In this document: piece by piece, positions 25,888 to 32,222 of the stretch | Layout of the letters: each line of letters starts with the position of its first letter | How positions within the stretch are numbered: the first letter of the stretch is position 1 | DNA from: a virus | Taxonomy: Duplodnaviria > Caudoviricetes | DNA: 32,222 nucleotides | Strand: one strand, 5' to 3' | Virus record (IMG/VR): IMGVR_UViG_3300049436_000150 | Span: 1-32,222 of that record | Position numbers and translations under genes: made by a program | The notes under the pieces: model-generated | Database searches by the model: none | What the model was told of the DNA's origin: nothing | What the model saw: the letters and a program-made list of their open reading frames with translations, nothing else

Positions 25888-26415
25888 ATGCAGTGGATCA
25901 CGAAGGCATTGGATTGGGTGCAGAGCAACCGCTGGCCCGCGCTGGTGGCGTGCCTGGTCATCGCCGGCATCGCGGTCGCAGCGGTCGTCGGGTGCAACCC
26001 GAAGGTGCAGGTGCCCGCCGGCATCGCCACGCAGATGCGGACGGAAAAGTCGGTTCCGCTCGACCAGGCCAAGACCCTGCTCGACGACTTCCGCGTGCGG
26101 TGTGAGACGCAGAACGCCGCCAACGCGAAGGACCTCGAGCGGCTCAGCGGCAACATCAACCAGGCCGAGGCGTGGCAGGCCAACGTCAACGCGCTGCTCT
26201 GGAGCGGCATCACCACGGGGGCGGACGCCGCCGGCAAGGCGATTCCCGGGCTCGGGGCGGTGCTGCCAACGTTGACCGGCCTGCTCGGCGCGCTGTTCTT
26301 CCCGCGTATCGGCGAGCGGAAGCGGGTGGATGCGGCGTATGACCAGGGACGCACTGAGACCATCGCCACGCTCGCGTCGGCCAAGGGGCTCATCGAGACC
26401 GGAAAGGTTGGGTAA
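25888..26415 (+). CDS. Lipoprotein with coiled coil and C-terminal hydrophobic segment (spanin-like or other lysis/membrane protein)
   Basis: Hydrophobic N-terminus ending in lipobox-like VVG-C; C-terminal 'IPGLGAVLPTLTGLLGALFF' followed by a basic tail. Confidence 0.55.
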   Translation: MQWITKALDWVQSNRWPALVACLVIAGIAVAAVVGCNPKVQVPAGIATQMRTEKSVPLDQAKTLLDDFRVRCETQNAANAKDLERLSGNINQAEAWQANVNALLWSGITTGADAAGKAIPGLGAVLPTLTGLLGALFFPRIGERKRVDAAYDQGRTETIATLASAKGLIETGKVG

Positions 26416-26714
26416 TGAGCTGGGAGGCGGTCAACGAGTTTTCCAAGCGGTACGGCGCCTACGCCTTCGGCACGGTCGTGCTCCTGCTCGTGTGGGCGAT
26501 GGTGTTCCGTCCCCTGCTGGCCGACAAGCAGGCCAGCATGGAGCGGTTCAGCGAGATCAGCCAGTCGCTGAACACGGCCAGCGCCAACCTCAAGGACGCC
26601 ACACAGGCGCAGGCGCGGATCGCGGAGGCCCAGGCCGCTACCGCCGCGATCCTCGACCGGAGCGTGGCGCGGCTGGAACGTCTGAGCGAGAACCTGCGGG
26701 CCAACTCACCCTAA
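26415..26714 (+). CDS. Small single-TM coiled-coil protein (holin- or i-spanin-like)
   Basis: TAATG coupling; TM 'YGAYAFGTVVLLLVWAMVF' followed by a heptad-rich helix. Confidence 0.55.
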   Translation: MSWEAVNEFSKRYGAYAFGTVVLLLVWAMVFRPLLADKQASMERFSEISQSLNTASANLKDATQAQARIAEAQAATAAILDRSVARLERLSENLRANSP

Positions 26715-26718
26715 CACC

Positions 26719-29280
26719 ATGGCATGGAGCAGCGGACCACCCTGGACTCTGACCGCCGCGGGCATCCGCGAGTGCGTGGTCACCACCGCGCCCGCGACCA
26801 GCCCGGCGGCGGTGGTGATCCAGTGCCCGAGCCCGGCCATGCTGCCGGCCGTGCTGGTGCGGTGCAGCCCGGACGGCAGGTCCTGCTTCGAGGTCGCGAT
26901 CACCGGCGGCACGGGCGGGAACGTGGTGGCCCGGCGGGTGACCTTCGGCAGCGTCGGCGTGGCCCTGGCCACCGTCGCGCACGGCCTGACCACCGGCGTG
27001 CCCTTCCGCATGGAGGTCCGGGTCGTCGGCAACATCCTCAGCGTCCGGTTCAACGACTCGACCACCGACCTGCTCAACTACGACATGGGCTCGAGCCTGG
27101 CCAGCCTCGGCTGGGCCGGCTTCGCCAGTTCGACCAACGGGTGCAGCATCACGCTCTTCCAGGTGTGTGCCCTGACGGCCGTGATCGAGGAACGCACCGA
27201 CGTGCTGTGGGCGTCGGCGGGCGGCGACCTGGTGGCCAGCCGGGACGGCACCAGCCTTTCGCCTGTCGCCCAAGGGGTGTTCAGCGCCCTCGACCGGGTG
27301 ATCGGCGTCGAGCAGGATCAGAAGCTCTACCTGTTCGACGGAGCGGTGGCCAAGGTCTTCGATCCGCTGACGTTCGCACTCACCGCGTACGTGCCGTCCG
27401 CCGGCCAGCTCCCGGGCCAGAGCGGCGTGCCGGGCCGGTGCACCACGCGGGCCGCGGAAGGCCATCTCGGACGCGTGGTGATGGAGAACGGCAACGACCT
27501 GCTCTTCACCGCGGTCAACAACCCGCTGGACTGCGCGACCGGATCCGGTTCGCCCGGTGGCGCGTTCGCGCTGGCGGTCGCCACCAACGGCAAGCTGGAC
27601 GGGACGGTCAAGGCCCTCAAGAGCACCGACCGGCTCGACCTCCTGATCGGCACCGACCGGAGCATCTGGCGGTTCAGCGGAGACCCCGCCCTCGGCGCAG
27701 TGGAACTCAACAAGATCGCGGATGTGGGCGTGACGGGCCCGCTGAGCTTTGTGCGGGTGGATCCGCCCGACGACGACTCCCCGGGCTTCACCGTCGCGCA
27801 CACCACGGGCGGGCTGGGCATCGTGCCCGATGGCGGGGTGTTCGTGCCGGTGTCGTCGCTGACGCTCGCCCAGCTCGTCGAGCCGGCCGACCCGGATCTG
27901 CTGCTGATCTCGCTGGTCCGCCTGGTGCAGCGGCACGGCATCATGATCTTTCTGACGCAAGCGCAGGCGGGGCTGGCCACCGGCAGCACCAGCCTGTACT
28001 ACGCGGAGAAGATCGGGCAGTACTCACGCGGGGCCGGCGGGTTCTTCCCGACCCAGCTCCCGGACTCGGTGGGCCCGACCGCGGCGTGGGCCTTCAAGGG
28101 GAACGTGATCATGGGCGGCCGCAACGGCTACCTGTTCACGCTCAACGACCGGGTGCTCGTGGATGACGACGGCGCGGCCAACGTGCCGGTGGTGAGCCGG
28201 ATGCCGCTGGCGCCGCTGATCGACGAGGCGATCGACAACGACGTCGGGCTGTGCCGGACCCACCTGCTGCTGGCGGCCACCAGCGATCCTGTGAAGCTGG
28301 AGATCTACGGCGGGCAGAGCCCCGAGCAGGCCTACGACGGCCCCAACCGGCGGCTGCTGCTCTCCCGCGAGGTCTCGGCCGTGCGGCAGGACGTGATGAC
28401 CGAGGTGCGGGCCCCGGCCCTGGTGCTCGAGATCGGCAACGCGGTCGCGGGCCGCAAGTGGCGGCTCGAGGCGGCCAAGGTCGAATACGAGCCGATGGAG
28501 CTGACGCGGCACGACCGCCTGCCGGTGCCCGCGGAGCCGCCGTGCGTGACGGTGAACAGCAGCACCGACGGCGTGGTGACGTTCCCCGGCGGGCCCGGAC
28601 CGGGCGACGGGAGCGAGTGCGAGGATCCGGTGCTGCTCTCGGAGGACCCACGGTGCACGACGCTGTGGCGGGGCGGGTCCCGATCCAAGACCGGCGGGTG
28701 GTCGATCTACAACGCGACCGCGACCGGCGGGTGCTGCTGTGACGATGCGGACGTGATCCGCGTGGTGCAGGGGTGGTCGGAGTTCAAGGTCTTCAACCCG
28801 GACGGCTCGCAGTCGTCGAAGGAGCGGTTCGACATCATCGTGCCGGCCTCGCCCACGCCGGGCTGGCTGGACTTCATCACCGGCTTCGCGCGGAACACCG
28901 TCAACGTCGAGTACGGGCTGCGGCTGCGGACCTACGACGGCGCGGACAACCTGCTCAGCGACAACAGCACGCAGAAGCTGCAGGTGCAGGGTCCGCTCGG
29001 GTGCGAGTGGGACGGCTTCGCGCTCGGGGGAGGGGGAGGGGCGGAGTACTCGTTCGACATGCCCCTGCACGCCGAGGGGATGCACCCCTGGGCCCAGAAC
29101 TGCGATATCCCCGACGCGGTGCCGGCCACGGGCCAGGGCACGACCTGGACGTGCGTGAGCTACAAGCCGCTGGTGATCACCTGCAACCGGCTCAAGTTCA
29201 CGGGCGTGTGGCGGAACTACTACGGGGGCGGCGCGGTGTTCAACGAGGTCACGGCGGTCATCGAGTGGGAGGTCGCCTGA
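26719..29280 (+). CDS. Tail nozzle / DNA-stabilisation-like protein with N-terminal ConA-like and C-terminal Cys-rich extra domains (853 aa)
   Basis: Central 'GRVVM...LLFTAVNNPLD...LLIGTDRSIWRFSGDP' propeller of P22 gp10/T7 gp12 style; PG linker then 'GGCCCDD' domain. Confidence 0.55.
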   Translation: MAWSSGPPWTLTAAGIRECVVTTAPATSPAAVVIQCPSPAMLPAVLVRCSPDGRSCFEVAITGGTGGNVVARRVTFGSVGVALATVAHGLTTGVPFRMEVRVVGNILSVRFNDSTTDLLNYDMGSSLASLGWAGFASSTNGCSITLFQVCALTAVIEERTDVLWASAGGDLVASRDGTSLSPVAQGVFSALDRVIGVEQDQKLYLFDGAVAKVFDPLTFALTAYVPSAGQLPGQSGVPGRCTTRAAEGHLGRVVMENGNDLLFTAVNNPLDCATGSGSPGGAFALAVATNGKLDGTVKALKSTDRLDLLIGTDRSIWRFSGDPALGAVELNKIADVGVTGPLSFVRVDPPDDDSPGFTVAHTTGGLGIVPDGGVFVPVSSLTLAQLVEPADPDLLLISLVRLVQRHGIMIFLTQAQAGLATGSTSLYYAEKIGQYSRGAGGFFPTQLPDSVGPTAAWAFKGNVIMGGRNGYLFTLNDRVLVDDDGAANVPVVSRMPLAPLIDEAIDNDVGLCRTHLLLAATSDPVKLEIYGGQSPEQAYDGPNRRLLLSREVSAVRQDVMTEVRAPALVLEIGNAVAGRKWRLEAAKVEYEPMELTRHDRLPVPAEPPCVTVNSSTDGVVTFPGGPGPGDGSECEDPVLLSEDPRCTTLWRGGSRSKTGGWSIYNATATGGCCCDDADVIRVVQGWSEFKVFNPDGSQSSKERFDIIVPASPTPGWLDFITGFARNTVNVEYGLRLRTYDGADNLLSDNSTQKLQVQGPLGCEWDGFALGGGGGAEYSFDMPLHAEGMHPWAQNCDIPDAVPATGQGTTWTCVSYKPLVITCNRLKFTGVWRNYYGGGAVFNEVTAVIEWEVA

Positions 29281-29283
29281 ACC

Positions 29284-29733
29284 ATGGCCGTCAGCTCCGA
29301 CCAGCGCAACCCGGTGATGATGCCCAGCGTGAACGGCGGCGATCCCCGCTCGGTGCGCTCGGGCTTCCTGCAGGTCGGCGAGTTGATCGATCGGCCACGA
29401 GACACCTGCACGCAGACGCAGGCGCCCCAGGTGGGCACGCACATCGACTTCACGCTGCAGGTGGTGGACCGGCGGCGGAAGCCGCGGCTGGGCCGGTCGG
29501 TGGTGCTGGCGTACGTGTCGGCGACCGAGGACGGGCCGCCGGACGGGACGCAGACGGTGACGGCGCAGACGGGCGTGATCCTGTCCACGCTGATCGCGGG
29601 CAAGGCGTTCCTGCTTTTGACCGAGGCCGACGGTACGATCGTGGTACGCATCGACGGTGCCAGCGCCACGCGGCGCCTGCACACGTCGGTCGTGGGGGCC
29701 GTGACCTACGGCGCGAGTGTCGTCTGGCCATAA
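29284..29733 (+). CDS. Hypothetical tail-associated protein (149 aa)
   Basis: GGAGG RBS, high GC3, operon context. Confidence 0.7.
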   Translation: MAVSSDQRNPVMMPSVNGGDPRSVRSGFLQVGELIDRPRDTCTQTQAPQVGTHIDFTLQVVDRRRKPRLGRSVVLAYVSATEDGPPDGTQTVTAQTGVILSTLIAGKAFLLLTEADGTIVVRIDGASATRRLHTSVVGAVTYGASVVWP

Positions 29734-29744
29734 GGGGGCTTCCC

Positions 29745-30746
29745 ATGGGCGGTCTCGCGGGCATTTTCGGCGGTGGGGCTCTGAGCGCGCTGGGCGGCAT
29801 CCTCGGGGCCCAATCGGGCAACCGGGCGGGGCGGCAGGCTCGCGACTATCAGGCCAGCCAGGTGGAGCCCAACCGCTACGGGCTGTCGCTGGCGCTGGGC
29901 GGGCAGGGCCTGTACGACTTCCAGGGCCAGAACTACCAGGACTTCGCGGCCCGGCAGCGGGGTGGGAGCTTCGCCCGCGATCCGACCATCGACGCCAACT
30001 TCCAGCGGCTGATCTCCGGGCAGGCCCGCGGGGCGGGCACGGGCATCCTCGGCGCGCTCAACCGGCTGCGGGCCCAGACCAACAGCGCCCAGCGGCAGGA
30101 GATGGGCCGGTACGACCAGCAGACCGGGCAGATCGTCGACCAGTACCGCCAGGGCGGGGCGCTGGCCCGCATGTTCGGGGCCGGCCGTGACAACACCATC
30201 CGCGCCGATGCCGAGCGGAGCCTGCGGAGCACCAACGACCTCATCCAGGCCCGGCTCAACGCCAGCGGGCTCGGGGCGTCGACCGTCGCGACCGACCAGC
30301 TCCGGGCCAACATCGGCGACAACCAGCGGGAGCTGCAGCGGGCCTTGCAGGGCTCGAGCGATTCGCGGCTGGACCGGGAGATCGGTGCGAACAACCAGGT
30401 GGCGGGCGCCATGTCCGGCCGGGACCTCGGACGGGTGGGGCTGTGGGAGAGCAACCTCGGGCGCGCGATCCAGCTCCAGCAGGCGCCGTTGAACGTGGCG
30501 CTGAGCACGCTTCAGGGGAACGTGATGAACCCGTACCTCGGGCAGAGCGCCACGCAGTATTACCCGGGCTACTCGGGCGCGGGCTCGGCCGTGGGCGGGC
30601 TGGGGAACGCGCTGGCGCTGTACTCGGCGGCGCAGGGGCAGGCCGGGGGGGGCGGGGCGGGGGGGACGCCGAGCGGGCAGAACCAGAACAGCCAGGCGAG
30701 CGAGGCGCTGGTGCGGATGCTCAACAACTACTTCGCGGGGACGTGA
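29745..30746 (+). CDS. DNA ejection/pilot protein (333 aa)
   Basis: N-terminal 'MGGLAGIFGGGALSALGGILGAQS' Gly-rich hydrophobic helix and Gln/Ala/Gly helical body typical of podoviral ejection proteins. Confidence 0.7.
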   Translation: MGGLAGIFGGGALSALGGILGAQSGNRAGRQARDYQASQVEPNRYGLSLALGGQGLYDFQGQNYQDFAARQRGGSFARDPTIDANFQRLISGQARGAGTGILGALNRLRAQTNSAQRQEMGRYDQQTGQIVDQYRQGGALARMFGAGRDNTIRADAERSLRSTNDLIQARLNASGLGASTVATDQLRANIGDNQRELQRALQGSSDSRLDREIGANNQVAGAMSGRDLGRVGLWESNLGRAIQLQQAPLNVALSTLQGNVMNPYLGQSATQYYPGYSGAGSAVGGLGNALALYSAAQGQAGGGGAGGTPSGQNQNSQASEALVRMLNNYFAGT

Positions 30747-30749
30747 TTC

Positions 30750-31916
30750 ATGAGCCGCTACCCCATCATCGACATCGGACTGGACCGGGCGCTGGCGCAG
30801 GGGCTGGCGCTCGGCGAGGCCCGCGACCGATCCGCCCAGCAGGACCGGCAGTTCCAGATCGAGCAGGACCGCCTGCGGCAGGAAGCCGAGCAGGCGAACC
30901 TGTTCCGCGCCCTGCGCTTCGGGCAGGACCAGGCGGAGGCCAACGACCTCTTCGGGCATCGCCGCGTGATGGAGGAACAGGGCCAGCAGGGGCTCGACCT
31001 TCGGGCAATCGAGGAAGAGCAGAGGCGGATGCAGGCGGGCGCGGACAGCTCGCTGCTCACCAGCGAGGCCGACCGGCTGGGAGTGTTCGCGGGCGACAAC
31101 TCGCAGGGACCGCCGGCACCGGATGAGCAGTTCCGTCGGCAGTTCGCGGCCGCGAGCCCGGAAGTGCAGAAGCAGCTCGTGCTCCGCGCCCAGATGGGCG
31201 CGGCCAAGCTGCAAAGCGATGCGGCCAAGGCCCAGGCGGACGCGACCGACCGGGACCGGGAGACCCAGGAGCTCGAGCAGTTCATCAAGGCCCGGAACGT
31301 CGCCCCGAAGTACGCGGACCAACTGCGGGCACAGCTCGAGGCCAAGCACGCGGGCGTCGATGACAAGGTGTTCGCAGCGACCATCCGGGCCCAGAACGCC
31401 GACGAGCTGCTCGCGTCCCTGCAGGCCCAGTTCCCGCGTGGGAATCCCGCCATCCTCAAGGGCACGGTCGATCAGTGGGTGACAACGGGCCGGAACGAGG
31501 ACCTGCCGCAGGTGAGCGTGACGGGCGAGCAGAGGCAGGTGTCACTCGCCAGCGACCGTCGATTCCAGATCCTGACGCGGAAGGAGAAGGCGGCGGAAAA
31601 GCGGCTTGAGGAGTTCAGAGACTCACACAAGCTTGCGATCCGCGCGGGCGACGCCACCGTGGTCACGGAGCTCGGCCGCTTGAAGAAGGAGTATGACAAC
31701 CTCGCCCAAGAAACGCTTCGGTACCTCGAATCCACCACCGACGGCACTGCCGCGCCCAGTCAGAGGAACGGAGCAGGAAGTCAGGCCGAGCCGGACGACG
31801 GCGGCGACATCCCCGACGACGTGCTCAACCAGGCGGCGGAGGAACTGCCGGATGCACCCCCGGCGGAGGTGGAGCGGCGGGCACGGGAGATCATGGGTAC
31901 TGCGATCCGGCGGTGA
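30750..31916 (+). CDS. Second ejection/internal virion protein (388 aa, coiled coil)
   Basis: Gln/Glu/Arg/Ala-rich helical protein following the pilot protein. Confidence 0.65.
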   Translation: MSRYPIIDIGLDRALAQGLALGEARDRSAQQDRQFQIEQDRLRQEAEQANLFRALRFGQDQAEANDLFGHRRVMEEQGQQGLDLRAIEEEQRRMQAGADSSLLTSEADRLGVFAGDNSQGPPAPDEQFRRQFAAASPEVQKQLVLRAQMGAAKLQSDAAKAQADATDRDRETQELEQFIKARNVAPKYADQLRAQLEAKHAGVDDKVFAATIRAQNADELLASLQAQFPRGNPAILKGTVDQWVTTGRNEDLPQVSVTGEQRQVSLASDRRFQILTRKEKAAEKRLEEFRDSHKLAIRAGDATVVTELGRLKKEYDNLAQETLRYLESTTDGTAAPSQRNGAGSQAEPDDGGDIPDDVLNQAAEELPDAPPAEVERRAREIMGTAIRR

Positions 31917-32222
31917 TCAGTGCCGCGAGGGATACGGCAGACCCCACCTCATGATCTCAGACATGTGCATGCCCACGCCTTGCACGCCCGGAAACAGCGT
32001 TTGTGCCGTGACATTCATCGCCGGCAGGAGATTCCTAAGCCACGGCTTGAGGTTCCCTTTGATCACGATCACGTCCGCTGACGAATCGGTCGCCATTTCA
32101 CCGAACGCCTCCATGTGATCTCGCTCGATGGGATGTGCGATGGAATATAGACACTGCTGAGCGACCATCCGGTCCGTCATCTCGTAGGTGCCTAACAACC
32201 AGCAGAAGGGCGGTAAGCCGCT
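31917..32222 (-). CDS. C-terminal part of an FRG-domain-like protein (5' end outside the window)
   Basis: Frame is open to the window edge; 'DRMVAQQCLY' (R..AQ.G.F-like) and 'LPAMNVTAQTLFPGVQGVG' resemble FRG C-termini; lower GC. Confidence 0.7.
   Translation of the reverse strand, partial: SGLPPFCWLLGTYEMTDRMVAQQCLYSIAHPIERDHMEAFGEMATDSSADVIVIKGNLKPWLRNLLPAMNVTAQTLFPGVQGVGMHMSEIMRWGLPYPSRH

Larger units (their letters stand above)
1..32222. mobile_element. Temperate podovirus-like phage/prophage (partial: integrase, accessory genes and morphogenesis module)
   Basis: Integrase, TerS/TerL, portal, scaffold, major capsid, adaptor/nozzle-like proteins, ejection proteins and an LPD38 protein. 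No tape measure or sheath gene seen, consistent with a short tail. Confidence 0.93.

Noticed and set aside
28773-29744. 5' extension of ORF 28773..30746 (similarly 17598..18746 and 7606..8070)
   Set aside because: Overlaps real genes out of frame or antisense; protein-like sequence starts at 29745, 18747 and 8071 respectively.
7998-31916. Actively invertible 24-kb segment
   Set aside because: No inverted repeat found between the two ends and no invertase present; kept only as a possible historical rearrangement.
1-32222. CRISPR array, diversity-generating retroelement, intein/intron or stop-codon recoding
   Set aside because: No repeat-spacer array, reverse transcriptase, TR/VR pair or intein motif was seen by eye, and genes are intact under the standard code.

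Overview
High-GC (~68-70% by eye) temperate phage or prophage segment with podovirus-like (P22/T7-type short tail) architecture. The host is probably a Phycisphaerales planctomycete, inferred from a GC-type dockerin-like anchor on one protein. Left to right: a tyrosine integrase whose first catalytic Arg is replaced by Ala, with att-like repeats in its 3' end; a 4-gene coupled accessory operon; a 1700-aa LPD38/HExxH polyvalent ejection protein on the minus strand; and a pre-terminase accessory block (wHTH protein, secreted dockerin-tagged protein, a non-canonical fMet-like tRNA(CAU), a LamG-LamG-SGNH protein). Then come TerS, TerL, portal, a DUF6527-like fusion, a zinc ribbon, scaffold, major capsid, decoration, adaptor, nozzle-like proteins, two membrane/lysis candidates and two ejection proteins. 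The window ends in a convergent, 5'-truncated FRG-like gene. No replication module, CI repressor or clear endolysin is visible. The most notable unexplained signals are the tRNA-like element 3 nt upstream of a start codon, an oriented CGTGGGG(AC) motif just downstream of -10 boxes across the late region, the dockerin-tagged phage protein, the Arg-less integrase and the displaced LPD38 gene. All family assignments come from motif recognition by eye; no searches were run.
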